In this document: positions 21,128 through 31,733 of the stretch, in pieces
How the letters are laid out: each line of letters begins with the position of its first letter
Position numbering within the stretch: the first letter of the stretch is position 1
Origin: Methanosphaera stadtmanae
GTDB lineage: Archaea; Methanobacteriota; Methanobacteria; Methanobacteriales; Methanobacteriaceae
Length of the DNA: 64,000 nucleotides
NCBI GenBank assembly: GCA_015062815.1
Contig: SUTP01000001.1
Location: 34,062 to 98,061 of the forward strand
Reading direction: 5' to 3'
Notes under the pieces: generated by a model
What the model was told of the DNA's origin: nothing
The model's input: the letters and a program-made list of their open reading frames with translations, nothing else
Database searches by the model: none
Program-made: the position numbers and the translations under genes

Positions 21128-21730
21128 TTTAGAGTTATATATGCTTCTACCAATTATTGCTCCATCAGCATATTGTAGGGTATCTTTAGCTTTACCACCT
21201 TGAACTCCAACACCTGGTGAAATAATTGTTGAATTTTTACCAACAATTTCTCTTATTTTTTTAAGTCTATCTAATTTAGTTGCAGGGGCAACATAATTAG
21301 TTATTCCAAGTTCAACACCCATTTTAGCAATTTCAAGTGAAACAGGTTTTAAAAATCTATCAGCTCCGGGATGAGACATTTCAGTAAGTAAAAAAATTTC
21401 TTTACCTAACTCTTCAGCAGTATCCTTGCATGCAAGTACACTATCCTCACCAGTAAAACCATGAACTATTATAGAATCAGCACCTCTATTTAAAGTAGTT
21501 CTCACTATCTTTTCATTAGTTGCATCGATATCAGCTACTTTGAAATCACATATTATTTGAACATCATATTCTTTCTTAATATCGGTTATAATAGTAGGAC
21601 CTTCAGCTAATGTAAGAGGATATCCAATTTTTATTGTATCTAAGTAATCAATTATTTGATCTATTATAGAATAAGCTTCTTTTTTTTCTTGAACATCTAA
21701 AGCTAAAATAATATTATTTTTGAATTTCAT
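21083..21730 (-). CDS. pyrF: orotidine-5'-phosphate decarboxylase
   Basis: ILALD, IKIGYPL, DFKVADI, MSHPG, SPGVG.QGG, IIGRSIY. Confidence 0.96.
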   Translation of the reverse strand: MKFKNNIILALDVQEKKEAYSIIDQIIDYLDTIKIGYPLTLAEGPTIITDIKKEYDVQIICDFKVADIDATNEKIVRTTLNRGADSIIVHGFTGEDSVLACKDTAEELGKEIFLLTEMSHPGADRFLKPVSLEIAKMGVELGITNYVAPATKLDRLKKIREIVGKNSTIISPGVGVQGGKAKDTLQYADGAIIGRSIYNSKSPQDTLESIINSLK

Positions 21731-22040
21731 ATTAAATTCTTTATTTTTTTTAAAATAAAAATTTTTTCAGTAATTTATAATTGTTTAGGGGCAGTGAAAT
21801 ATTACTTTTTTTATAAGGCAGATATTAATTTTTTTTAATTTTTTTTCAAGTTTACTTTAAAAATTTAAAAAACTAAAAATTATTTAAATTCTTTTTTATT
21901 AGAATTTACAAGCTGATTATATATTTTATTTAATTTTCATTCTTATTTTTATTATTTTATTCTTAAAATATTTTCAATTCTTTTTATTCCATTAATAATC
22001 AGTTTTTTTTTAAAAAAAGGTGTTTACATTTATTTTTTTT

Positions 22041-22090
22041 TAATAATTTTTATTTATATTTAATAATTTTTTATTTTTTTTAATAATTTT
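22041..22090. repeat. three imperfect ~20-bp tandem units (TAATAATTTTT...)
   Basis: taataattttt at ~22042, 22061 and 22081 in the pyrF/cbiM divergent intergenic region. Confidence 0.5.
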
Positions 22091-22310
22091 TAAAATTTTT
22101 GTTAGTTTACTTAGACTATTATGTTATATTTTATAATTATTAATAATTCCTTATTTGTTAAAATAGGAGTATATTTTTAAAGAAATCTTAAATAAAAGTA
22201 CCATTAATTTTAAATATAAACATTCATATACTCTTATATATTATTTTATTATAAAACGATAAAATTGATAATAAAATAGTAGATTATTATGATATGGAGG
22301 AAATCAAAAA

Positions 22311-22985
22311 ATGCACATAATGGAAGGTTACTTGCCTCCTGAATGGTGTGCCGTTTGGTTCGTTATCAGTTTAATTGTAGTAATTTATGGTTTAATGCAA
22401 GTAAGAAAAGTATTAGCAGAAAATGATGATGCTATGCCAGTATTAGCATTATCTGGTGCTTTTATGTTTATTTTATCTTCATTAAAAATGCCATCAGTTA
22501 CTGGAAGTTGTTCACATCCATGTGGTAACGGATTTGGTGCAGTATTCTTTGGACCAGCAGTAACAGGATTATTATCCGTAATAGTATTATTATTCCAAGC
22601 TATCCTCTTAGCACACGGTGGATTAACTACCCTTGGAGCAAATGTATTCTCTATGGGTATCGTAGGTCCATTCTGTGGATGGGTAGTATGGAAAGCACTC
22701 AGAAGCGCAAATGTCTCTGGTGGAATTTCAATGTTCTTTACAGCATTTGTAGCAGATTTAATGACTTATGTGGCTACAGCAGTAGAATTAAGTTTAGCAT
22801 TCCCAACACCAAACTTTATGGCTGCTTTATCAACATTCTTAGTAATATTTGCTGTAACACAAATACCATTAGCAATAGCTGAAGGTTTATTATCAACTGT
22901 AATTTATAACTACATCGTAGATGCAAGACCAGATATTCTTGTAAAATTAGGTGTAATTAGCGATTCAGAAGCAGGAGCAAATTAA
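22311..22985 (+). CDS. cbiM: cobalt ECF transporter S component
   Basis: MHIMEGYLP N-terminus, GSCSHP.G, AHGGLTTLGAN, QIPLAIAEG. Confidence 0.96.
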   Translation: MHIMEGYLPPEWCAVWFVISLIVVIYGLMQVRKVLAENDDAMPVLALSGAFMFILSSLKMPSVTGSCSHPCGNGFGAVFFGPAVTGLLSVIVLLFQAILLAHGGLTTLGANVFSMGIVGPFCGWVVWKALRSANVSGGISMFFTAFVADLMTYVATAVELSLAFPTPNFMAALSTFLVIFAVTQIPLAIAEGLLSTVIYNYIVDARPDILVKLGVISDSEAGAN

Positions 22986-22986
22986 A

Positions 22987-23289
22987 ATGAATACAAAAAA
23001 TATAATTCTACTCATAATAGTAGCAATATTAATAATTGCTCCTCTTGTAATTTTCAATGGTCATGGTGAAAACGATGGTTATTTCGGTGGATCTGATGAC
23101 CAAGGAGGAGAAGCTATTGAAAAAAGCAACCCAAATTATAAAGTTTGGGCTGCACCAGCATGGGAACCACCTAGTGGTGAAATAGAAAGTTTACTCTTTG
23201 CATTACAAGCTGCTATAGGTGCTATTATAATCGGATATGTATTCGGTTACTGGCATGGTGGTAATAATGCAAAAAAAGATAAGAAATAA
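22987..23289 (+). CDS. cbiN: cobalt transport protein CbiN
   Basis: FGGSDD, WEPPSGEIESLLFALQAAIGA. Confidence 0.96.
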   Translation: MNTKNIILLIIVAILIIAPLVIFNGHGENDGYFGGSDDQGGEAIEKSNPNYKVWAAPAWEPPSGEIESLLFALQAAIGAIIIGYVFGYWHGGNNAKKDKK

Positions 23290-23323
23290 GTGAGAAAACG
23301 TTTTGTTTTCCACTTTTTTTTTT
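23288..23323 (+). terminator. hairpin + U-tract inside the cbi operon
   Basis: aagtg-a-gaaaac / gttttc-cactt stem followed by a T run. Confidence 0.6.
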
Positions 23324-23371
23324 AATTAATTTTTTTTTTATCTAAATGTTTTTTTTTTAAGTGGTGATATT

Positions 23372-24184
23372 ATGTCGATTTTTGAAGATAGTTTGGATCA
23401 TTATGCAGCAAATAATAAATTAACTGATCACAATATATATTATAAGATAATATTTTCTATCGTAACATTGATTATAAATTTATTTGCAAATTCGCCAATT
23501 GTCCCATTTTTTATATTTGTTATATGTTCTGCATTAATTATATGGCGGGCAGGAATACCTGCTAAGTTTTATGCAACATTCATGTCTGTTCCAACAGGTT
23601 TTGCTATAATTACTGTGATATTTATGGCATTTTTCTTTGGTACTGGTCAACATATATGGAATTTAGGAATATTTGGTTGGGGAATTACAGCTGATGGTTT
23701 AAATAGGGGTATTTTAATACTTTTTAAAGTTTTAGGTGGAGTTTCATCATTAGCATTTTTAATCTTAACAACACCTGTAAATAGGGTGTTTACAGTATTT
23801 AATGATTTACATATTCCGCCGGAGTTCACTGATTTGGCAATTTTGATGTACAGATACATCTTTTTATTCTTAGATGTAGTTTCAACAATGTACAATTCTC
23901 AAAAAACTAGGTTAGGATATAATAGTTATATGAGTTGGATGCATTGTTTAGCTCAACTGGCCGGTCAGGTATTTATACGTACGTGGGAACAAGGTGAAAT
24001 ATCTTATAAAGCATTAGCTTCAAGAGGATATAATGGTAGATTGAATATGATTGGAACTGGAGAATCAATTCATGATATTTCATTAAAAGAATGGGTGCTG
24101 TTGATTGTATTTGAAATTTTAGTAATTTATTTCATTTATGTTACAGGATCTATTAATGTAGTACCTTATTTAATTCCAGTTTAA
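23372..24184 (+). CDS. cbiQ: cobalt ECF transporter T component
   Basis: LTTP, LMYRYIF, SQ.TRLGY, ALASRGY. Confidence 0.93.
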   Translation: MSIFEDSLDHYAANNKLTDHNIYYKIIFSIVTLIINLFANSPIVPFFIFVICSALIIWRAGIPAKFYATFMSVPTGFAIITVIFMAFFFGTGQHIWNLGIFGWGITADGLNRGILILFKVLGGVSSLAFLILTTPVNRVFTVFNDLHIPPEFTDLAILMYRYIFLFLDVVSTMYNSQKTRLGYNSYMSWMHCLAQLAGQVFIRTWEQGEISYKALASRGYNGRLNMIGTGESIHDISLKEWVLLIVFEILVIYFIYVTGSINVVPYLIPV

Positions 24185-24207
24185 TATGACAGAAGGGGAA
24201 TGATTTT

Positions 24208-25041
24208 ATGGCAATTTTAGAAACAAAAGATTTAGTGTATAATTATCCTGATGGAACTAATGCTCTAAGGGGCATAAACTTTAAAATAGAAGAAGGTCAA
24301 ATGGTTTCTATTTTAGGTCCTAATGGGGCAGGTAAAAGTACACTTTTTTTACATTTTAATGGTATTCATGAACCTACTAGTGGTTCTATTGAAATTGAAG
24401 GTGAAACTTTAAAATATGATAAACAAAGTTTACTTAAAGCTAGACAAAAAGTAGGTATTGTATTTCAAAATCCTGATGATCAATTATTTGCTCCAACAGT
24501 ATTTGAAGATGTGGCTTTTGGACCTATGAATATGGGTTTAGATCAAGATGAAGTTGAAAGAAGAACTAGGGATGCACTTGAAAAAGTAGGTATGTCTGAA
24601 GTAGCTAACAAAGCTCCTCATCATTTAAGTGGGGGTCAGAAAAAAAGAGTTTCAATAGCTGGAATTCTTTCTATGGAACCTAAATTAATGGTATTGGATG
24701 AACCTACAAGTGGATTAGATCCTAATGGTGCTTCCAGTATAATGCAATTATTATATGATTTAAATAAAGAAGGTATGACTATCATAATATCAACTCATGA
24801 TGTTGATTTAGTACCATTATATTCGGATAATATTCATGTTTTAAGATTAGGACAAATTTTAAAATCAGGTAATTGTAAAGAAATATTCAGTGATCGTAAT
24901 TTAATAGAAAAAGCTAATCTAAGATTACCTTGGATTGCTCAGTTATTTGAGAAATTAGAGGGAGATGGAATAACTATTGATCAAACAGGTTATCCATTAA
25001 CTGTTGGTCAAGCATATGATGTTTTAAAGGATAAACTTTAA
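24208..25041 (+). CDS. cbiO: cobalt ECF transporter ATPase
   Basis: GPNGAGKST, FQNPDDQLFAPTV, LSGGQKKR, LDEPT. Confidence 0.94.
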   Translation: MAILETKDLVYNYPDGTNALRGINFKIEEGQMVSILGPNGAGKSTLFLHFNGIHEPTSGSIEIEGETLKYDKQSLLKARQKVGIVFQNPDDQLFAPTVFEDVAFGPMNMGLDQDEVERRTRDALEKVGMSEVANKAPHHLSGGQKKRVSIAGILSMEPKLMVLDEPTSGLDPNGASSIMQLLYDLNKEGMTIIISTHDVDLVPLYSDNIHVLRLGQILKSGNCKEIFSDRNLIEKANLRLPWIAQLFEKLEGDGITIDQTGYPLTVGQAYDVLKDKL

Positions 25042-25265
25042 AATATTATTCTCATTACTATTTTTTTTATATAAAATCTTTGATTTTATATTTTAACACC
25101 ACTTTTTTATTACTTTATTTTTAATTTTTAATACTTCTGTTTTTAATTATAAAATCTTATTATTAAAATAGAACATATATAAATAAAGATGATAAATAAT
25201 TTTAAGTCTTTTAATACAATCTTTTTTAATTATATTAAATCATGACTAAATATGGGAGGGAAAGT

Positions 25266-26642
25266 ATGTCTGAAGACATAGATGTGGATTTTTATCAATC
25301 AATCATAAATAAATTAGAAACTAAAGTTGATTATGCAGATATACGTGTTGGAGATTCATTAAGTAATTCTATTGTAATGAAAGATAATAAAATTGATAAT
25401 ATTGACACAGGAATTAATTACTCTGTAGGAATAAGAGTATTAAAAAATGGTGCATGGGGATCAGCATACACATCTGATATTAATAAAGTACAAGAAGTTG
25501 CTGATAATGCAGTCACATTAGCCAGTAATTTAAACAGTGATGTGGAATTAACAGAACCAAATCCTCATGAAGCTGTAGTTAAATCAAAAGCTAAACTAAA
25601 AATAAATGATGTTTCTGTTGAAGAAAAAATAGAAGCTATGAAAGAAGCTAATCAAGCAGGTCAACTGGACAGTATACATAGTATAAATATTTCATATTCT
25701 GAATCTGAATCTACAAATTTACTTATAAGTACTGAAGGAACTAATATAATCACTAATAATAATAGAGTAATTTTTTCAATGAATTCAGTTGCTTCTAATG
25801 GTGAAGTTATGCAGATAGGACATAAAAGTCTTGGTGGTGTTCAAGGTTTTGAACTTATAAAAAATGCGGATTTAGAAGAATTCGGACGAAATATATCAGA
25901 TAAAGCAATAAGTTTACTTGATGCTAAAACTCCACCTAGTGGTAATTTTCCTGTAATTCTTGATTCAGAATTAGCGGGTGTTTTTATTCATGAATCTTTA
26001 GGTCATGCATCTGAAGCAGACATTATTCTTCAAAATGATTCAATACTTAAAAATAAAATGAATGAAAAAATAGGTTCTGAATTAGTCACAGTTGTTGATG
26101 ATGCATCTTATGAAGATGGATTTGGTTATTATCCTTATGATGTGGAAGGAACAAAAACTGAAAAAAATGTTCTTGTTGAAAAGGGTGTATTAAAATCAGT
26201 GCTTAGTTCTCGTGAAACTGCTAAAAAATTAGGTCGCCAATCTAGTGGTAATGCCAGATCTATAATAAAAGATCAACCAATTGTACGTATGAGTAATACT
26301 TATATCGCTCCTGGTGAATCCACATTTGATGAACTCTTAGAAGATATGTCTGAAGGTATTTATCTTAAAGGTTCACGTGGAGGTCAAGTAGATACTGGTC
26401 GTGGAATATTCCAATTTAATGCTGTAGAAGCTTATATTATAGAAAATGGTGAATTAGGTGATCATTTAAGGGATGTTTCTTTATCTGGAAGTACTTTAGA
26501 TATATTAACTAATGTAACTGGAGTAGCTAATGATCTTAAGTTTGGGGTAGGTTTTTGTGGAAAAGATGGACAAACAGCACCTGTAGGTGATGGTGGACCT
26601 CATGTAAGAGTTAGTCAAGCAACTGTTGGGGGAGTTCAATAG
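25266..26642 (+). CDS. tldD: TldD/PmbA family metalloprotease (TldD type)
   Basis: HESLGHASEAD, RMSNTY, GFCGKDGQ, G.PH; SD gggaggg before ATG 25266. Confidence 0.9.
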   Translation: MSEDIDVDFYQSIINKLETKVDYADIRVGDSLSNSIVMKDNKIDNIDTGINYSVGIRVLKNGAWGSAYTSDINKVQEVADNAVTLASNLNSDVELTEPNPHEAVVKSKAKLKINDVSVEEKIEAMKEANQAGQLDSIHSINISYSESESTNLLISTEGTNIITNNNRVIFSMNSVASNGEVMQIGHKSLGGVQGFELIKNADLEEFGRNISDKAISLLDAKTPPSGNFPVILDSELAGVFIHESLGHASEADIILQNDSILKNKMNEKIGSELVTVVDDASYEDGFGYYPYDVEGTKTEKNVLVEKGVLKSVLSSRETAKKLGRQSSGNARSIIKDQPIVRMSNTYIAPGESTFDELLEDMSEGIYLKGSRGGQVDTGRGIFQFNAVEAYIIENGELGDHLRDVSLSGSTLDILTNVTGVANDLKFGVGFCGKDGQTAPVGDGGPHVRVSQATVGGVQ

Positions 26643-26645
26643 TTT

Positions 26646-27221
26646 ATGTCTTCTGAAGTTTTAAATAAATTTGAACAAGAATTGTTACTTAAAATAGCAA
26701 GGGATAATATAAAAACACATTTGTCCTATGAACCTTATGAAGCACCTAATAATCTTCCGGTTGTATTTCATGAAAAATTAGGGGTTTTTGTTACTTTAAA
26801 TATTAATAATAATTTAAGGGGTTGTATTGGTTATCCTGAACCAATTAAACCTTTATTTGATGCAGTTCTAGATGTATCTTTATCAGCTGCTTTTGAAGAT
26901 CCTAGATTTTTACCATTAACAAAAAATGAATTTGAAAATATTACTATAGAAATAAGTGTTTTGACAAAACCACAAGAAGTTGTTGTTCAAAATTATGAAG
27001 AATACTTAGAAAAATTAACTGTAGGTGTGGATGGTTTAATCATAGAATATAAGTTTAATAGGGGATTATTACTTCCACAAGTACCAGTTGAACAAAATTG
27101 GGATATTAAGGAATTTCTTGAAAATTTATGTTATAAAGCAGGATTAAATTCTGATGCATGGAAAATGGAAGATACTAAAATTTATAATTTTCAAGCACAA
27201 GTATTTCAAGAGAAAAAATAG
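26646..27221 (+). CDS. AMMECR1 domain protein (TIGR00296)
   Basis: GVFVTL, LRGCIG, DPRF, GLLLPQV, C.KAG. Confidence 0.93.
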   Translation: MSSEVLNKFEQELLLKIARDNIKTHLSYEPYEAPNNLPVVFHEKLGVFVTLNINNNLRGCIGYPEPIKPLFDAVLDVSLSAAFEDPRFLPLTKNEFENITIEISVLTKPQEVVVQNYEEYLEKLTVGVDGLIIEYKFNRGLLLPQVPVEQNWDIKEFLENLCYKAGLNSDAWKMEDTKIYNFQAQVFQEKK

Positions 27222-27232
27222 GAGGATATGTT

Positions 27233-28270
27233 ATGAAGTTACCACAGGTACCAACACCTGATGAATTAATTGATAAGGGTTTTAATAGGGCAAGTAAAGC
27301 TGCATCAAAAGTTAGGAGCTCAAAATTGCATGGACGTGTTAAAGGAAAACGTATTGAAGAAGTTAGGGTCGACACGGCATGTGATACAATTAATGCAACG
27401 TTGAGTAAAATAATTTCAGGAACACCTGAAATAGAAGAATTACCTGAATTTTATCAGGATTATATTGATATAGTTGTGGGTGTTGATCAATATAAACACT
27501 CTTTGGGGGCTGTTTATTGGGCATTAAGTGTTTTAAAGCAAATTCAATCCCAATATACTAATAAAATTAAAAAATCTGATTCATTAAGTGCAATTCCTAT
27601 ACGTAAAGAGGCTTTTGGTCGAATTGCTTCTGTTGTTAATAGAATTGAAGATGAATTGGATTTTCTTGATTTCTGTAAACGTGAATTAAAAAATATGCCA
27701 AATATTGATTTTAATGCAGTTAGGGTAGTAATTGCAGGTTTTCCAAATGTTGGTAAATCAACTTTACTTAATAATATAACTGATGCTCGTCCAAAAGTTG
27801 CAAATTATCCATTTACAACTCAAGGTCTTCAAATTGGAAACTATGAAAGAAACTGGAGAAAATATCAAATTATAGATACTCCAGGGTTACTTGATAGATC
27901 TATTAATGATATGAATGAAATAGAATTAAATGCTATTGCTGCTTTAGAACATTTGGGTAATATTATTATTTACATATTTGATCCATCAGAAACTTCTGGA
28001 TTTTTAATGGAAAATCAATTTTTATTATACGAAGAAATCAAAAATGTTTTTGAAACACCTATGATTTGTTTATTTAATAAAACAGATTTATTGGAAGATG
28101 ATTCTGTTATTGTAGAATACTCAGAAAAAATTGATAATCCTATATTTAGAACAAGCATCAATGATCATTCTCAAATAGAAGAAATCAAAAAATTAATTGA
28201 AAAATTAGGTAAAGATACTCAACAAGAAGATGAATTCACCAAATACTTAGAAAGTTTGGAAAAAGATTAA
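27233..28270 (+). CDS. NOG1 family GTP-binding protein
   Basis: GFPNVGKS, YPFTT, DTPGLLDR, N.IE, NKTD. Confidence 0.93.
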   Translation: MKLPQVPTPDELIDKGFNRASKAASKVRSSKLHGRVKGKRIEEVRVDTACDTINATLSKIISGTPEIEELPEFYQDYIDIVVGVDQYKHSLGAVYWALSVLKQIQSQYTNKIKKSDSLSAIPIRKEAFGRIASVVNRIEDELDFLDFCKRELKNMPNIDFNAVRVVIAGFPNVGKSTLLNNITDARPKVANYPFTTQGLQIGNYERNWRKYQIIDTPGLLDRSINDMNEIELNAIAALEHLGNIIIYIFDPSETSGFLMENQFLLYEEIKNVFETPMICLFNKTDLLEDDSVIVEYSEKIDNPIFRTSINDHSQIEEIKKLIEKLGKDTQQEDEFTKYLESLEKD

Positions 28271-28431
28271 TTTATCTAATTATTTTTTTCATGTTTGAAA
28301 AATCCTGTTTTTAAAGATTATTACTTTTAATAATACTTTTTTTTAAAATTTAATTATTTAAGAAACAAAAATATATTAACAAATGGTTACTAAAGTATTA
28401 TTATATATGATATAATATGGAGATGATTTTC

Positions 28432-29049
28432 ATGGTCAAAATAGATAATATTGTAAAAAATCAAAATGTGGAAGAAACCACTGAAGAAGAAGTTATTGAA
28501 GAAGAAAAAATTGATGAAGAAAAAATTGATGAAAAAGTTGTTGATGAAGAAGTTGCTGATGACGAAGAAACTACTGAAGATAAAAATGAAGAGTTTGATT
28601 ACAGAGTTTACGGTCAACAAGCAGCTGATGATGCAAAAGGTGCAGCTGAAAAATTATTCAATGATATCATGTCTACATTGAAAGCTAAACAAGATGATTT
28701 CAATGAAACTATAAATGAATATAAAGCTAATAAACCACCAGTTGATGTTTTAGAATATCCTGAAGAATTAGTTATTAAAGCTGATTTACCACGCGTAAAC
28801 AAAGAAAATATCAATATTCAAATGAATACAGAAGTAGTAGAAATTGAAGTCAATTTCCCTGAAGAATCAGAAGCAGATGAAGATGTAAAAATCATTAGAA
28901 AAGAAAGATGTAATGGTTTAACTAAAATAGGTGTTATACTCACTGCTGAAGTAGATTTAAAAGATGTAAAAGCTACTTTTGAAGATCAAGTATTAACTTT
29001 AAGATTACCAAAAGTTAAAGGTAAAAAAGTTGATGTAGAAATAGTATAA
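28432..29049 (+). CDS. small heat-shock protein (Hsp20) with acidic repetitive N-terminus
   Basis: PVDV.E, ADLP, ATF...VL.L.LPK alpha-crystallin domain. Confidence 0.88.
   Translation: MVKIDNIVKNQNVEETTEEEVIEEEKIDEEKIDEKVVDEEVADDEETTEDKNEEFDYRVYGQQAADDAKGAAEKLFNDIMSTLKAKQDDFNETINEYKANKPPVDVLEYPEELVIKADLPRVNKENINIQMNTEVVEIEVNFPEESEADEDVKIIRKERCNGLTKIGVILTAEVDLKDVKATFEDQVLTLRLPKVKGKKVDVEIV
28471..28560 (+). repeat. six in-frame 15-bp tandem units (GAAGAAnnnnyTGAw) in hsp20
   Basis: gaagaaaccactgaa, gaagaagttattgaa, gaagaaaaaattgat x2 (exact), gaaaaagttgttgat, gaagaagttgctgat. Confidence 0.8.
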
Positions 29050-29145
29050 CTTAACTCTTTTTTTTCTTTTTACATGCTTTTTAATAACACTTTTTTTCTC
29101 TAAATTTATTTAATCTCATATTAATATATAACAGGGTTGATAATA

Positions 29146-30111
29146 ATGAAACCATATGTCATATTGATTGGTTCAGCTTCTGGAATTGGAAAATCTACAA
29201 TAGCTTATGAACTATCTAAAAAATTAAATATCAAATATTTGCTTGAAACTGATTTTATACGAGAAGTTGTAAGGGGAGTTATAGGTGCGGATTATGCTCC
29301 AGCTTTACATAAATCTTCATATAATGCATACACTACTTTAAAAACAGCTAATATAATCGATTCAGAAAATAAATTAATAGAAGTAGGATTTGAAGAACAC
29401 GCTTCTTTTGTATTTCCCGCTATAGAAAAAGTTATTAAACGATCTATTAAAGATAAAAATTCTTTGATTATAGAAGGAGTTCATTTAGTACCGGGGTTAA
29501 TAAATCTGAAACAGTTTGTAAATGATGCAAATATTTATTTCTTCATATTAACTGTTGATAAAGACGTTCATCAACAAAGATTCATTAAACGAGCTATGGA
29601 ATTGAAACGTGGTGGAACACAATTAGATTATTTTAAAGAAAATCGTATTATTAATGATTATTTAATTAATCAAGCTAAATATAATAACGTGCCTGTAATA
29701 AATAATGAAGATAAAGATTTAACTATTAAAAAAATCTTACATTATATAACTGAGGTATCAAAAGAGGTGTTTCTAAAACATTCAATAGATGATTTGGAAT
29801 TAGAAAGAGAAATTGTTTTAAAATATGATGGAAGAATAAATGATATATCTTATCATATACCTAATTTCGAAGAACCTTTGAAAAGAACTATATTAAATTA
29901 TGATGATCCTAATTATTCAAAGAATTTCCTTGAGAAAATTAATAATGATTCAAAATTTAAAGATTCTTTAGAAGAATTATATGATTTATCAAATAATATT
30001 CATAGCCATAATATTTCCGCACCTGATGAAACCAGTTTAAATAAAATAATCATGGAATTAAAAGATAACGGATTATTATATGATGAAAATCTCATAAAAA
30101 AAGGGAGGTAA
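29146..30111 (+). CDS. 2-phosphoglycerate-kinase-like P-loop protein fused to a 3H domain
   Basis: GSASGIGKST, TDFIREV.R, SSY, IIEGVHL.PG; C-terminal KH....E.E...HSH..LKD.GLL 3H pattern. Confidence 0.82.
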   Translation: MKPYVILIGSASGIGKSTIAYELSKKLNIKYLLETDFIREVVRGVIGADYAPALHKSSYNAYTTLKTANIIDSENKLIEVGFEEHASFVFPAIEKVIKRSIKDKNSLIIEGVHLVPGLINLKQFVNDANIYFFILTVDKDVHQQRFIKRAMELKRGGTQLDYFKENRIINDYLINQAKYNNVPVINNEDKDLTIKKILHYITEVSKEVFLKHSIDDLELEREIVLKYDGRINDISYHIPNFEEPLKRTILNYDDPNYSKNFLEKINNDSKFKDSLEELYDLSNNIHSHNISAPDETSLNKIIMELKDNGLLYDENLIKKGR

Positions 30112-30114
30112 ATA

Positions 30115-30702
30115 ATGGATTTAAATAATTTTGAAGATAATGTATCACTATCTGATTGTCCAGTTTGTGGTAGTAAAAATACTTTGAGAGTTACAAGTAA
30201 AACGGACAACATACCTTATTTTGGAGATATTTTTGAAACTTCAGTTTCATGTCAACAATGTGGTTATCAATCATCAGATAGTATATCTCTAGAACAGAAT
30301 GATCCAGTTAAATACACTTTAAAAATTGATGAATCAAAAATGAATACTCGTGTAGCAAAGTCTCAAACAGCTACAATCACAATTCCTGAATTGGGGCTAA
30401 AAGTGGAACCTGGTGCTAAATCACAGGGTTATGTATCTAATGTTGAAGGAATTTTAAATAGGTTTGAAGATGCTGTTTTAAGAGCTATAAAACTTGAATC
30501 TGATAATTCAGATGTACAGGATAATGCACTAAATATAATTGAAATGATTACACAATTAAAAATGGGTGAAATATCTGCAAATTTAATACTTGAAGATCCA
30601 TGGGGCAATAGTTTAATTGATGATGATGATGCTAAAAAAGTTATGTTAACTCAAGAAGAAGCAGATAAATTAGAAACAGGTTTCACAACTATTGATCAAT
30701 AG
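30115..30702 (+). CDS. ZPR1 zinc-finger protein
   Basis: CPVCG, IPYFG, CQQCGY, IPELG, VSNVEG, EDP.GNS. Confidence 0.93.
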   Translation: MDLNNFEDNVSLSDCPVCGSKNTLRVTSKTDNIPYFGDIFETSVSCQQCGYQSSDSISLEQNDPVKYTLKIDESKMNTRVAKSQTATITIPELGLKVEPGAKSQGYVSNVEGILNRFEDAVLRAIKLESDNSDVQDNALNIIEMITQLKMGEISANLILEDPWGNSLIDDDDAKKVMLTQEEADKLETGFTTIDQ

Positions 30703-30714
30703 GAGGATAATATC

Positions 30715-31221
30715 ATGTCAGTTTTTGAAACAATTGAAAAAAGATATAGTGTACGTGGGTTTGAAAATAAAGAAATTGAGGAAGAAAAATTAAATAAAAT
30801 ACTTGAGGCTGCTAGACTTGCACCGACAGCAACTAATAATCAAGCTTTCAAAATATATGTGATTGACACTAAAAAACATCTTAATGAATTGGATGAAGTA
30901 AGTAATTTTCCTTGGTTAAAAGAAGCACCATTAATATTAGTTGTTGTAAGTGTTGATAATGAAGCTTGGACTAGAAAATGGGATGCTAAAAATCATGGTG
31001 AAATTGATGCTACTATAATAATGGATCATATTATTTTAGAAGCTACTGATTTAGGTTTAGGAACTTGTTATATTGCAGCATTTTATCCTAAAGCATTATC
31101 AAAATTATTAAATCTATCAGAACAAGAGCATCCCGTTTTAATGACTCCTATAGGTTATCCTAATGCTGAACCGAGGGGAACTGATCGTAAAAGTTTAGAT
31201 GAAATAGTAAAATATGTATAA
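30715..31221 (+). CDS. nitroreductase family protein
   Basis: RYSVRGF, AP.A.N.Q, GLGTCYI, IGYP, RKSLDE. Confidence 0.92.
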   Translation: MSVFETIEKRYSVRGFENKEIEEEKLNKILEAARLAPTATNNQAFKIYVIDTKKHLNELDEVSNFPWLKEAPLILVVVSVDNEAWTRKWDAKNHGEIDATIIMDHIILEATDLGLGTCYIAAFYPKALSKLLNLSEQEHPVLMTPIGYPNAEPRGTDRKSLDEIVKYV

Positions 31222-31283
31222 ATTTTTTATTTTTTTTTTTTAAAATAGTGTATTTTTTTTTGGTGTTTAAAAAAATAAGAGAT

Positions 31284-31733
31284 TTAGAATAAATCATCTT
31301 CATTTTCATCTGGTTTATCGTTGATTTTAAGTGTTGCTTTAACATCCATACTTAAAGCATCACAATCAGCTTTAATTGCATCCAAATGTTTTAATATTCT
31401 TATTTTTTCTTCATTTATCCTTTCAATATTGGTGTATGGATAAATAGATTCTTTTAACATTTCATATTCAATTGTAGAATATGGGTAATCATTTAATTGT
31501 TTACATACGTTGACTAATACATCTCCAAGGAATTTATTCATTTCTACTTTTACTCTTTCTCTGATCATTTTGTCGCTGTCTAAATTTTCTTTCATGAGAC
31601 GTACTACTTCAGCTTTAGCAAATGGTAATTTTTCACCATCTTCGTCGAGATATTCTTCGGTTTCTTCAGTAACTTCGTTTTCTTCAATTTCTTCTTCTAT
31701 ATTTTCAACTTCGTTTTCTTCAAATTCTGCCAT
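31284..31733 (-). CDS. histone-fold-like protein with acidic tails
   Basis: [13 protein letters not shown]...MI...VK resembles histone-fold helix 1/L1; 35-aa Glu-rich N-terminus; SD gaggt. Confidence 0.6.
   Translation of the reverse strand: MAEFEENEVENIEEEIEENEVTEETEEYLDEDGEKLPFAKAEVVRLMKENLDSDKMIRERVKVEMNKFLGDVLVNVCKQLNDYPYSTIEYEMLKESIYPYTNIERINEEKIRILKHLDAIKADCDALSMDVKATLKINDKPDENEDDLF

Noticed and set aside
4942..22090. AT tandem tracts (4942-4994, 22041-22090) as CRISPR or iteron arrays
   Set aside because: Low complexity, no unique spacers, and no cas or rep genes.
28466..28681. Lys-rich ORF (KKLLMKK repeats) resembling a DNA-binding or antimicrobial peptide
   Set aside because: It is the +1 frame of the GAA-rich hsp20 repeat.
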